Below the pieces are notes generated by a model. The model was given only the letters and a program-made list of their open reading frames with translations, had not been told where the DNA came from and did not search any database. Below, piece by piece: positions 39,201-53,204 of a DNA stretch of 64,000 bases (position 1 is the first letter of the stretch; each line of letters opens with the position of its first letter). The position numbers and the translations under genes are program-made. Source of the DNA: Paraspadella gotoi (Eukaryota > Animalia > Chaetognatha); contig CM119268.1 in assembly GCA_051294375.1 (NCBI GenBank), positions 23,024,256 through 23,088,255 of the forward strand. The letters are read 5' to 3'.

Positions 39201-42024
39201 GGCGGAGGCGAGATGGGAGAGTGTGAGAGGGTGGAGGGGGAGGGAGGGGGTGGGTCTAGGGGGGGAGAGGGAGAAAGGGAGGGTGGGAAAGAGAGGTTTG
39301 AAGAGGTCGCGTTTAGAGTCAAGAGATGAGAGAAGAGAAGATGAAGATGAAGATCAAATAAAAGAGGAGGAAAGGGAAAGAAAGAAATGAAATAAAAGAG
39401 AAAAAAAAAGGAAAGAGGATAAAAAAGAAAAGGAGAAAAGAAAGAAAAGGACATGAGATAGGAAAAGAGATAAAGGAAAAGATAAGAAAATGAAGAGAGA
39501 AAAGTAGAGGGAAGAGAAGAGAAAAAGAAAGAAAAGAGAGAAAATAAAAAAAAGGAAAAAAGAAAAAAAAGAAAAAGAGAAGAGAAAGGAAAAGAGAAAA
39601 GAGAAGAGAAAAGAAATATGAAGAAAAAAAGAAGAGATAGAAACAGAGAAGAGAAAGAAAAAGAGAAAGGAAAGAAAAGGAGAAGAAACAAGAAAAAAGA
39701 AGAGAATAGAAAAGAGAAGAAAAGAAAAAGAAAAAAGAAAGGAAAAAAGATAAAAAAAAGAGAATAAACAGAAAAGAGAAAAGAAAGGAATAGAGAAGAA
39801 AAGGAGAAAAGAAAAGAAAGAGAAGTAATGCAACGCAATTGCCAACTCGCCTTTGATAATCGCAAGAGTTCAAACGCCGCCAATATCGCCGCTCCTCCTT
39901 CTCCTCCTCCTGCTCCTCCTCCTCTCAGCGATAGCCAAGTCAAATGAGTTTGACGCGATTCAACTTCCGGTCGAAGGGAGGGAGAGGAGGAGGCGACGCC
40001 GAGGGAGGCGTGGCGGTGAGATCTGGAGGGAGGGAGGGAGGAAGGGAGAAGAAAGGGGGGAGGAGGGAGGGAGGGAGAAGAGAGGGAGTAGAAGGGAGAG
40101 AGGGAGAAGAGAGGGAGGAGGAGGGAGAGAGGGAGAAGGCGTAACTTGAGGTTCATTTCAAATGAGTTCTTCAATCTCATTTACAATTTGTAGTATATTT
40201 TATTATAACATATCTTTTGAGACGGATTTCATAGAAATGTTATTTTAGTATTTCACTAATTTTTTACTTATTTTATTTTAAAACTTATTTTATAGCATTT
40301 ACAGCGTATAATAATTCTTGTATCCACCCATGGAACACAGGGCTCTTTAAACCTCGTGTGACAATACTGTAAAAGTGAAGTCTCACCAAAAGTGAATCTC
40401 AAAAGTATAAATGTAAATATAAGTATAATTTAATATAATTAAGTATAAATAACAAAATTTCTGACAAAACGAAAACCTCGTCGCCAACACTTCGACCACG
40501 ACATCCGGGGTTTCGGCGGCGACGACATCCGGGTGTCCGGGAATGGTCACGTGATCAAAGATGAGAGTCTCGTCGATGACTGGAGATGAAGAGAGACGAG
40601 TCGGTTTCGTCTCCTGTTTGATGGAGAAGTTGGAAGTTGCTTGATGGAGTCCTTGATGTTGTTGTCCGAGTTGGTTGGCGTTGTTGTTGCTATTGGTTGA
40701 TGTTGTTATGGATGTTTATCGATAACATTGTAACAATTGATGTTGTTGTTTGAGTTGATTGATGTCGTTGTTGCTGTTGCTTAATGATAATATTGCAGTT
40801 GGTAGATGGTGTTGCTGTTGGTTGATGTTTTTTGATGTTGTTTGAGTTGATTGATGTTCTTGTTGCTGTTGGTTGATATATAGGAAAGAATAATGGAAAA
40901 TTGTTGTTTTTTTGTTGTTGCTTTATTTTTTGTTTTCGTTGTTGTTGTTATTTTTGCTGTTCTGTCACAACATCATCCGTTTCTACATCAGCGCGAACCT
41001 GACTCCAGCTTAAAAAAGTGACTTTACAAACACAGTTTCTTTCCTCCAGAGAATTTGCTTCGAGTTGGCGACACTGTGAACGACAAAAGAGGACAAAGGA
41101 TGATGAAGAAGGACAAAGGAGGACAAAGGCTGATAAAGGACTTCTTTTCTCCCTCTTCCTCTCCCTCTCACTCCCCATTTTCGTTTCCCTTTACCCCCAC
41201 CTCTTCCTCCCAACTCCTTCTCTATCTCATCCCTCTCTGTTCTCTCTCCCACCTGAAAGAGGTAGCATCTCAACTGATACTCCAGATTCACTTTTTGATG
41301 AAGAACTAATTTCGGTTCCAAAGAGACAATGCCGCCGCTGGAATCCAGCACCTGAGAAGAAGGTTTTATGCAGCAGCAACTGTACCAGGAGCGACAGCAG
41401 CTGCAGCAGCCGAAACGACAGTATCGCAAAGTAACTTGGAGCGTTCATTTCAAATGTGATTGAGCTCTTCAATCAAATTTACATATTGTAGTAGTTTAGA
41501 TCATTTCCCATATCTTTTGTTACGAATAACATAATTTTAATAGGGTTTAATTATAATTTAGTAGCAGGAGCGAGAGTAGCAACAGTGGCAGAAGAGACAT
41601 CAGCAACAACAGCAGGAGATATAGCAGCAACAGAAATGCTGCTCCACTGACAACTCACAACAAAAAACTATAGAGTGAGGACCGTGGGAGACCGGCTATG
41701 TTGTTTTAAGGCTTCCCTCATTCTTACAAAATAATGACATAGCAAGTCAATTCATGATTTTAATCAATACTCTCTCACAATCTCGTTTATTCACTTCCCT
41801 ATTTATGAAGTGTAATAATTTTTCAATTGTCATCGATTTCAACTGCTGCAAATGCATCAAGAGCAGCCAAATTTTACTCCCTCAGCAACTGAAGCAGTTG
41901 ATGCGATAGCTACAGCAAAATTCGCACCTGCAGCACAGGAAGCTGCTCCGCGGCTGCGACGGATTCCTGCGAAGTATTTTTGTTTTTCGTCGTCGTCGTC
42001 GTTTCTTCGATTCTGATCTTTGAA

Positions 42025-42079
<55 letters not shown>

Positions 42080-42262
42080 ACAAAATTCCGGCGCCGAAGT
42101 GAGAATGAAGGAGTTCGAAATTCGTCATCGGCGTCGTCGTCGTCGTCGTCGGCGTCGTCGTTCCTTCAGCGCCATCTTCATTCTGATTTCGATCTTGCGA
42201 AAAAAAAGAATGAAAGATCAATTTGAATCTTTCGTCTTATGTAATTATTCTTAATTCAAATC

Positions 42263-42297
<35 letters not shown>

Positions 42298-43637
42298 TGA
42301 TTGATTGATTGATTGATTTTCATTCATCATTCATATTCATTCATTCATTCAGTGGCTCGTTGAGTAAACAGACAAGATGTGTGGGGGAGAGTCGTGAGCC
42401 ACCAAGTGGAGATGGTAACCCCAAGGTAACCCCAAGGTAACCCCTAGGTAACCCCTAGGTAACCCTAGGTAACCCAAGGTAACCTCTAGGTAACCCCAAG
42501 GTAACCCAAGGTAACCCCAAGGTAAAACCCCTAGGTAACCCTTAGGTAACCCCAAGGTAACCCCAAGGTAACCCCAAGGTAACCCCAAGGTAACCCAAGG
42601 TAACCCGCAAGGTAACCCCTAGGTAACCCCTAGGTAACCCCTAGGTAATCCCTAGGTTTCAAGCCTAATCTATTAGGAGCTTGGGTGTCTATGGTAAGGC
42701 TCTAACTACGCTCTCGTCAGGGAAAAAAGGTAAGTTGAGTGAGGATCTATATATTGGAAAACAAGGTTACTTAAAAAGAGGATTTGTGAATTGTGATGCC
42801 GATCTCGATCTCGATCCTTGATTCGGAGATGAAGAGGAGGGGACGACGATGGGAGGAGGAGGAGGGGAAGAGGGGAAGAGAATACACGGGGAAGACGGTC
42901 TCGGCCCAACTTACTTTCCAAACTGATTAATTCCGGTTCAGCCCAACCATTTTTGAGTTTGTTTTTTTCTTCTTTTTCTTTCTTCTTTCCCTCTTTCTCT
43001 TCGGACTTGTTCTCGACCGTCGGTACTGTAGTTTTCGTTGAGATAAGTAAAATTCATGGTATTTATCGAGTTAACTGAATCTTGATCATATGGCGACTAA
43101 ATTGGGACTCCGTCAGTGACTCAATTCCGAGACACCAAATTCCGACCGATCTCGCGATAAATTTTCCGACCCATCGGACTCATTTTTCGACTCATCCTCC
43201 GACATTCCCCTCACTCATCACTGAATCAAGTCACAACTCATCTCCGACCAATCCCCAACCGAATTCCGACTCATTCCGACCCAACTCCGACCCAGCCTTG
43301 TCCTATCCTCCGTCCCAAACCCCCTCATACCACTTTTGTGTGAGAGTGGTCTCCACCAACGGCGACGTCGAGCGAAGTCAGTGAAGCCTTCGACGTCGTG
43401 AAACGAGTGGGCGAAGGTGGTGGCGAATTCCCACCCTGGAGGTGGTAGGGTGGGTTGAGGGGGTTGAGATACGGATTAGGGGATTAGGGGATTAGGGGAT
43501 AAGGGGATTGGGGATTAAGGATTAAGAAATAAGGTGAGTGATTAGAATTTAGTTTTAGGGATCAGGGTTAAGGCTTGGATTATGGTTTTGATAGGAGATT
43601 TGAATATTTAGGGTTAAAATAATATTAACATTAATAA

Positions 43638-43705
<68 letters not shown>

Positions 43706-43766
43706 TTTATTTATTTATTTATTTACTTATTTATTTATTTATTTATTATAATAATATTATTATTTC

Positions 43767-43842
<76 letters not shown>

Positions 43843-46800
43843 AATATTAATAATGTTAAAACCTTGGTCGTTTTTCTCCTCTTCCTCTTCCTTCTCCTTC
43901 TTCGTCCGAAATCGAATCCAACGACGACGACGAATCGAAGATCGAAGATTCGAGGCCGAAGGACGAAGAGACTGATTGATTGATTGATTTGATTGATTGA
44001 TTGTTAGGGAAGATCGATTGAGAGCCCGAAGGACGAAGAGACTCGATTGATTGATTGATTGGTATTAGGCGAAGGACAATGATGTTACGATTGGAGGCAA
44101 CGAAGAGACTGATATTAGATGGTTAATCGATTGACGAAGAGAGATTTGATATGTAGGAGTCATGAGCAGACGAGAATGTGATTGTTGATGGGAAGATCGA
44201 TTGAGGCCGAAGGACGAAGAGACTGAATTGATTGATTGAATTGGTTAGGGAAGATCGATTGAGGCGGAAGGACGAAGAGACTGATTGATTGATTGATTGG
44301 TTAGGGGAAGATCGATTGAGGCGAAGGACGAAGAGACTGATTGATTGATTGATGGTTAGGGAAGATCGATTGAGGCGGAAGGATAGAAGAGACTGAATTG
44401 ATTGATTGATTGGTTAGGAAGATTGATTGAGGCCGAAGGACAAGAGACTGATTGAATTGATTGATTGGTGAGGAAAATCGATTGAGGCCGAAGGATGAAG
44501 AGACTGATTGATTGGTTTAGGGAAAGATCGATTGAGGCCGAGGACGAAAGAGACTGATTGATTGATTGATTGGTGAAGGGAAGATATCGATTGAGGCGGA
44601 AGGACGAAGAGACTGATTGATTGATTGATTGGTTAGGGAAGATCGATGAGGTGAAGGACGAAAGAGACTGGATTGATTGATTGATTGGTAAGGGAAGATT
44701 CGATTGAGGCGGAAGGACGAAAGAGACTGATTGGATTGATTGAATTGGTAGGGAGATCGATTGAGCGGAAGGACGAGAGACTGATTGATTGATTGATGGT
44801 AAGGGAAGATCGATTGAGGCGAAGGACGAAGAGACTATTGATTGATTGATTGGTTAGGGAAGATCGATTGAGGCCGAAGGACGAAGAGACTGGTATTGAT
44901 TTGAAGAATGATGAGCGAAAAACTATGATGTGAGAAGGGAAGATCGATTGAGGTGGAAGGACGAAGAGACTGATTGTGAATTGATTGGTTAGGGAAGATC
45001 GATTGAGGCGGAAGGAGCGAAGAGACTGATTGATTGATTGATTGGTAAGGGAAGATCGATTGAGGCGGAAGACGAAGAGACTGATTGATTGATTGATTGG
45101 TCAAGGGAAGATCGATTGAGGCGGAAGGAGAAGAGACTGATTGATTGATTGAATTGGTTAGGGAAGATCGATTTGAGGCCGAAGGAGAAGAGACTGATTG
45201 ATTGATTGATTTGGTAAGGGAAGATCGATTGAGGCGGAAGGACGAAGAGACTGATTGATTGATTGATTGGTTAAGGAAGATCGATTGAGGCGGAAGACGA
45301 AGGGATGATGCATGATTGATTGGTTAAGGAAGATCGATTGAGGCGCGAAGGACGAAGAGACTGATTGATTGATTGATTGGTTAGGGAAGGATCGATTGAG
45401 GCCTAGAAGGACGAAAGAGACTGATTGATTGATTGATTGGTAGGGAAGAATCGATTGAGGCGAAGGAGAAGAAGACTGATTGATTGATTGATTGGTTAGG
45501 GAAAGATCGATTGAGGCGAAGACGCAAGAGACTGATTGATTGATTGATTGTAGGAAAGATCGATTGAGGCGGAAGGACGAAGAGACTGATTGATTGATTG
45601 ATTGGTAAGGGAAGATCGATTGAGGCGGAAAGGACGAAGAGACTGATTGATTGATTGATTGGTTAGGGAAGATCGATTTGAGGCGCGAAGGACGAAGAGA
45701 CTGATTGATTGATTGATTGGTAAGGAAGAATCCGATTGAGGCGGAAGGACCGAAAGAGACTGATTGGATTGATTGATTGGTAAGGGAAGATCGAATTGAA
45801 GGCGGAATGGACGAGAGACCTGATTGATTGATTGATTGGTAATAGGGAAGATCGATTGAGGCGGAATGACGAGAGACTGATTGATTGATTGATTGGTTAG
45901 GAAGATCGATTGAGGCCGAAGGACGAAGGAGAAACTTGATTGAGAGATTGAGATGGTAGGAAGATCGATTGAAGGCGGAAGGACGAAGAGACTGATTGAT
46001 TGATTGATTGGTAGGGAAGATCGATGAGGCCGAAGGACGAAGAGACTGATTGGATTGATTGATTGTTAGGGAAGATCGATTGAGGCCGAAGGAAAGCGAC
46101 TGATTGATGATGATGTGCTGAGGGAAGGGAACAGAATGATTGATTGATTGATTGTGAGAGATAATGGGCAAGATGAAGACTGATTGATGATGAGAGACAT
46201 GGCGAAGGACGAAGAGACTGATTGATTGATTGATTGGTGAAGGGAAGAATCGATTGAGGCACGAAGGACGAAGAGCACTGATTGTTGATGATTGGTTAGG
46301 GAAGATCGATTGAGCGAAGGACGAAGAGACTGATTGATTGATTGATTGGTTAGGAAGATCGATTGAGGCGAAGGGACGAAGAGACCTGATTGATTGATTG
46401 ATTGGTTAGGGAAAGATCGATTGAGGCGAAGGACGAAGAGACTGATTGATTGATTGAATTGGGTAGGGAAGAATCGATTGAGGCGAAGGACGAAGAGGAC
46501 TGATTGACTTGATTGATTGGTTAGGGAAGATCGATTGAGGCGGAAGGACGAAGAGACTGATTGATTGATTGATTGGTTAGGGAAAGATCGATTGAGCCGA
46601 AGGACGAAGAGACTGATTGATTGATTGATTGTTAGGGAAGATCGATTGAGGCCGAAGGACGAAGAGACTGATTGATTGATTGATTGGTAAGGAGAGATCG
46701 ATTGAGGGGGAAGGACGAAGAGACTGATTGATGATTTGATTGGTAAGGAAATCGATTGAGGCGAAGGGACGAAGAGACTGGATGATTGATTGATTGGTAG

Positions 46801-48978
46801 GGAAGATCGATTGAGGCGGAAGGACGAAAGAGACTGATTGATTGATTGATGGTAAGGGAGATCGATTGAGGCCGGAAGGAGAAGAGACTGATTGATTGAT
46901 TGATTGTTAGGGAAGATCGATTGAAGGCCGAAGGACGAAGAGACTGAATTGATTGATTGATTGGTAAGGGAAGATCGATTGAGGCGCGAAGGATCGAGAG
47001 ACTGATTGATTGATTGATTGGTTGTAGGAAGATTATGCTGATTGAGGCGGAAGATCGAAGAGACTGGATTGATTGATTGATTGGTAGGGAAAGATTAGGC
47101 CGAAGGAGAAAGAGACTGATGATTGTATTGAATGGTACGAGATATGAGGGAAGAAGTATGATTGATTGATTGGTGGAAGAGACTTGAGCAAGGACTGAGA
47201 CTGATTGATTGATGATGGTTAGGGATGATTCGATTGAGGCCGAAGGATGCGAGAGACTGTGATTGAATTGAATGGTGAGGGGAGATCGATGAGGACGAGA
47301 GAGGACTATTATTGATGGGTAGGGATCGATGAAGGTACGAGAGATGTTGATGATTGATTGGTTAGGGGAAATTGCTCCATTTGAGGCGAAGGATGAAGAG
47401 ACTGTGATTGATTGATTAATTGGTGGGAATTGGTTGATTTGATTGATCAGGGATGAATGGATTGATCTGGCTAAGAATTGTTTTGATTGATTGGTAGGGA
47501 CAATCGAATTGATTGGAGAGGGAAGATAGATTTATTGTTAGGGAAATTGATAGATTCATTTGGATTGATTGTTGTTACGGGCCGTGTGCATTGGACTTGA
47601 CACGCGACCGTGGCCGTCGACCCGACGACGGCAGAGAATCCGCGTCGTAGCCTCGCCCGTTACGCGAAGAAATAAAATATCGAATGTGAAGAGATATCAG
47701 ATTTATATTTTACTTTCTAGAACGTCGCGGGAAGGCCAAAATTGAGTTGCTTTCGAGAGGCCGCCGGACCGTACACGTTTTCTAACCATATATATGGTTG
47801 GTTTATATTTAAGCTTCGTTTTTTAACCTCACGTTTTATCTTTTTTAAACATCGCTTAATTTCGCGTCGCCATTTTTTAATGTGAAAGAATAAATTTACC
47901 AACGCGTTCCAAATTCTGTATCGTCTATCTCGAAAAAACAAGCCAAGAAGTCAGCCAAACGAAACGAAAATTAGAAATATTAAGCTCGAAGCACAAACAG
48001 ATTGATTAATTTATTTGGAATGATTTATTAATTGGTTAGGGATGTTTGATTTATTGATTTGGGATGATTGAACGATTGATGGTTGGTTTGGGTCAACTGA
48101 TTGATCCGATTTGATGTTGACGATAGCTAAACTTAAATGTTCAATTTATCGATTGATTTATTGATTATTTAAGTGATTGGTTATTAACTTTGATTGATCA
48201 ATAGGTTTAATGTTTGATTGATTGATTGATTGATTGATTCTCACATTTTCCTCTCCCTTCCAACTCAGCGCTTTCTTCAGCTTCTTATTTTTCTCTTCTT
48301 CGAAACTCAGACGTCGATATTCCCAACCATCATCGTCGACGTCTCCTTGAGAGTCGACCTTCCAATCGCTCGTCCACTCCCATCCTGGGGGAGAGAGGGA
48401 AGACTCTTTTCTGTCTCTCTCTCTCTATCTCACTCTCTCTCTTCCTCCTCCTCCTCTTCCCACCTGCCGGACATTTCTCCATCTCCTTTTCCACCAACGC
48501 CTCCCCAGCTTCGTTGGTCCACTTCCGCCCCCCATCAGTAGGCGCGACCCACTTCCGGTCCACGCGACGCTGAATCTCGTAGACGCTCTCGACGACGACG
48601 CGTCTCCCGGTCTCGTCGCGAGGTGGGCGTGGCCTCGGGGGGCGGAACCAATCGCCGCTCCAACTCCATGGACCCTGGACTTTGATGTCGGTTTTGGAGG
48701 GAATTTGAAGGGTTTGGGGGGGGGTGGAGAGAGGGGAGAGAGAGAGGGAGATGGAGAGAGAGTAGAGAGAGTAGAGAGAGGAGAGCAAAAGAGAAAAAAA
48801 AAGAGAGAGAGAGAGAGAGAAAAAGGAAACAAGAGAGAGGAGAAGAGGAAGTAGAGCAGAGAATCGAGAGAGAGAGAGAGAGATGGAGAGAGAGAGAGAG
48901 AGAGGAGATGGAAGAGAGAGAGAGAGAGAGATGAGAGAAGAGATGGAGAGAGAGAGAGAGAAAAAAGAAAAATAGAAA

Positions 48979-49012
<34 letters not shown>

Positions 49013-49052
49013 AGAGAGAGGAGAAAAAGAGAAAAAAAAGAGAGAGAGAGAG

Positions 49053-49089
<37 letters not shown>

Positions 49090-49160
49090 ATCGCGTCATT
49101 AGTTTCCCAACTGAAACTCTTAATTAATTTCGCGCGTGGGTGGGAAGTTCTAAGCGATTT

Positions 49161-49236
<76 letters not shown>

Positions 49237-50028
49237 CTCTCTCGTATTAAACGTTCTTCCCACGCCTTCCCACGCGTAATTTCTGCATTCTATGACTAAA
49301 CAATTGTTTTTTGTTGTTGTAAAAGCCTCGTTTTCAAACCTCATTTGCATATTGATTTTCATTTTTCAACGTTTTCATTTCCGGTCGCTCACGTGAATAC
49401 TCGAGCATCATTAAAGCGCCGGTAGGCTAAAGAGGAACAGACAAACAGACACACAAACACAGACGGACCGGAAAAAGTCCTAAAAATACCAACATTTCGC
49501 CGGAAAAATCTGAAAAAGCCGGCCGGGTTAAAGGATCGACCCAAACGAAAAATATTTTCGCTCGATTTTCCCAAGTTTCCGCGTAGACGCTGGACTGCGC
49601 GGCGGCGGCGGCTGAAGTAGATTTTATTGCGCCGATTTGCGTAACGCGGTGAGCCAGACGAGCGGGGCCGAACCAGAGGCGAGCGCGGACCTGGGTAATG
49701 AAAAAATGAGTGTGGGAAGGGAAAAGGGTGGACGATTTGGAAATGGATGGGGATTCCAATTATCGATAATTAAATGTCTCTCTGTCCGTTTATCCATCCC
49801 TATTTTCTTCTCTGTGTCTGTCTGTCAGTTTATCTGCTTGTATGCTGTGCTGTACATTATTCTGTCCCTCATATAGTCTCTCAATCCGCCTGTATATGTA
49901 TCCGTCTATCTCTCTGTCTGGGCATCTGTATATCAGACGGTCCGTCTTGATTTCCGTACATCCGTCCATCTGCCTGATTGTTAGTCCATCTGTCTCTAAG
50001 TCTGTTTATCTCTGTCTCTATCGCCAGT

Positions 50029-50076
<48 letters not shown>

Positions 50077-50101
50077 TCTGTCTGTCTCTCTCTCTCTCTC
50101 A

Positions 50102-50158
<57 letters not shown>

Positions 50159-50271
50159 AACCCTGGCCCAAACTTCTCTCTTTCTCCCCTCCTCCTCCTC
50201 TTCCTCCTCCTCCTCCCCGACTCCTTCCAAGCAAATCGTCCTCGCGACGCCGCACCACCGACCGCGCCCGG

Positions 50272-50302
<31 letters not shown>

Positions 50303-52560
50303 GACGTCGGCGACGGGGATCGAAGATCGAGCGACGATTTCTCCTTTGAGTCGAAGAGAGAAGACGATGGGAGGAACGGAGGAAGGAGGGGAGGAAGAGG
50401 CAGAGGAGAGGGAGGAAGCGAGGCGCTGGAGGAAGGAAAGAGGAAAGGGGAAAGGGGAAAGGGGAAAAGGAAAAGAGAAAGGGGAAAGGGGAAAAGGGAA
50501 TAATGAAAGGGGAAAGGGGAAAAGGGAAAAGGGAAAAGAGAAAAGGGGAAAAGGGGAGACTTTTCTATTTGTTCTTATTTTTCTTTTTCCTTTCTTTCCA
50601 TCTTCCTTCTTCTTTCCTCCATCTACCTCCATTCCTCTCAACGCTGCCTCCCATCCTTTCCTTTTCCTCTCGTTTTCTCATCTACCCTCCATACCTCTCA
50701 ACGCTGCCTCCACATTCATCTTCTCTCCCTTTCCTCTCACACTCTTTCTCACATCTGGCCTCCATACTCTCCTTTTTTCCCCTCTCTCACCTCATACTCC
50801 ACGCTCGCCTCCACATCTCTTCCTTTTCCTCTTTTTTCTCCATTCCTCCAACGCTGCCCTCCACATCTCTTTCCTATTCTCTCCTTTCCTCTATTCCTCT
50901 CAAACGCTGCCCTCCACAATCTTTCCTTTGTCCTCTCCTTTACTATATCGTACACTCATGGTGCCTCCAAGCTCTCACATCTCGAATGTGCTTCTCTCAT
51001 CCTCTCCTTCCTCCATTACCTCCATTCCTCTCAACGCTGTCTCCAAATCTCTTTCCTTTTTCTCTCCTTTCCTCCCAGCTACCTCATTTCTCTCACGCTG
51101 CCCCACATCTCTTTTTCCTTTTCCTCCATTTTCTTCGTTTCTCCATCAATCGATCGATTTTAGAGAGAGACCGAAGATCGAGGAGACGAGACTCGAGCGG
51201 AGTGGGGGGGGTGACTAAAATAGATTGGTTATTGGGGAGGTAATATATATGTATTATAATAATATTATTGTAATATAAATATTGTTTGTCCTCTTCTCCC
51301 TTTCTCCTACATCACCCTCCCCTACCTCCTCTCTTCTCTCCAACCTCTCTCCTCTCCCTCTATCCCTCCCCTCTCCATTCTTGTAGCTTTTCCTTCTCCA
51401 TCCCTCCCTCTCCACTCCATCCCTCCTCTCTCCTACCTCTCTCCCTCTCCCTCCAATCCCTCCTCTTCTCTCCTACCTTTATCCTCTCCCTTATCACTCT
51501 CTCTCCCTTCTGTCGCCTTCTCTCCCTCCATCCCTCCCTCTCCCTCTCCTCTCCCTCTCCTCACATCCCTTCTTCTCTCCTACCTCTCTCCCTCCATCCC
51601 TCCCTCTCGCCTCCATCCTCCTTCTCTCCCCTCCCTCGATCCCTCCCTTCCCTTCTTGTAGCTTTCTCTCCCTCCATCCCTCCATCCTCCTCCTCTCTCC
51701 CTCTTCCTCCTTCCCTCCCTCTCTCCTTCTTCCCTCCTCTCTCTATTACCTCTCTCCCTCCATCTCTCCCTCTCTTCTACTCTCTCCCTCCTCCCCTCCC
51801 TTCTCCTTCCTTCCCTCCCTCTCTTCTACCTCTCTCCCTCCATCTCTCCTCTCTCCTACCTGTCTCCTTCCTTCCCACTCCCTCCCTCTCTCCTTCCTTC
51901 CCTCCCTCTCTCCTACCTCTCTCCCTCTCTCTCTCCAACGCCCTCTTCAATTTCTTCATCGCCGTCATCGTCGTCGTCATCGTCGTTATCGTCATCATCG
52001 CAACGGCGCCGATTTCCTTCCTGGCGGCGACGGCGGCGCGGACGGCAAAGACGTTCGCCTGGGAAAAGGGTGACTCTGTCTCTGTCTGTCTGTCTGTCTG
52101 TCTGCGCAGACGCAAGACAAAATAATAAACTGAAGTAAAAAAAAAACTTAACAAGAACACTTTAGAAGCTCAAATAGTTCAGGCGAAAACGACGACGATA
52201 ACAAAGACGACGAATACAACGACGAAGACGACGACGAAGTCTTTCTACTTTGCGATCCGTAGGGGTCAGCGGGAATGACCATTCGACCCTTTGACCTGAA
52301 GAAAATTGTTATGGCTGACCTTTTTACTAAACTGAACGAAAACTGAGGAAACAACAAAAACTCATGGCTCATGGATAGAAGAAGTCTTATGGACATTTAA
52401 AAAAAAAGGGCTTAAACGATTTTCATTGAAATTAAAAATTTATTAAACATAAAAACCACATTTATATAAATTTAAATACGTTCAATGGTACCAGACGATG
52501 TGTTTTGATTCTAATTGATTTTGAAATTTTTACTACGTCTCTTTCAGTCTGTCTCTCAGT

Positions 52561-52623
<63 letters not shown>

Positions 52624-53165
52624 GATGACGCTTATAATGATGATTATGAAATCAGGACAATATAGATAAGACAAAATCGGAACACGCGATACAGAGAGGA
52701 GAAAGAGGAGCATAACAGAGCTGTATAACAACCATTTTCTGAAAACAGTTTTTTTTTGTGTCTCTTTGAAAAAATGATGAAAATGATGATGAAAAAATTA
52801 CTTCTCTTCCTTGCGGCTTTTTATTTGATACCTAAAGTTGGCGATGGACAAACCACAAGTCAAATGGTTGATGTAAAAGAAGTAATAAAAATGTTTGTAG
52901 AGTACGGTCCATTTATAATTGCAATAATGCTGCCAATATTTGGATATCTGCTGTTACCGCTGGAATATGGACAGAATCTCGCACGGATCGCACGGCTCGC
53001 TTGGCACGACACACGGATTTGTATATGCGTATTGTTAAATGGATCTGCGAATGTTCCTTATCGTTCGACTTCTCGGTCATTGGAATATGACTACGAGCGT
53101 TTGGTTAAATACGTATTAATATTGTTAAAGATTGGGGCCAAAAGAGTTATTAAAGCCTCTATCAC

Positions 53166-53204
<39 letters not shown>

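Noticed and set aside
38399-40180. Long F/L/S-rich or K/E/R-rich ORFs (also 48425-49099, 49842-52125, 55566-56288)
   Set aside because: Purine/pyrimidine low-complexity introns; only the embedded ferlin exons are credible.
43950-47500. CRISPR-like array
   Set aside because: No unique spacers; head-to-tail satellite in a eukaryotic intron; no cas genes.
48280-48295. Frameshift implying the ferlin is a pseudogene
   Set aside because: One-base loss in an A-run; exon order and splice phases are otherwise preserved.
48700-48712. Non-canonical AA acceptor (cttcaa|attccc) for a DysF exon
   Set aside because: A single base in a noisy low-complexity context; more likely an error for CAG.
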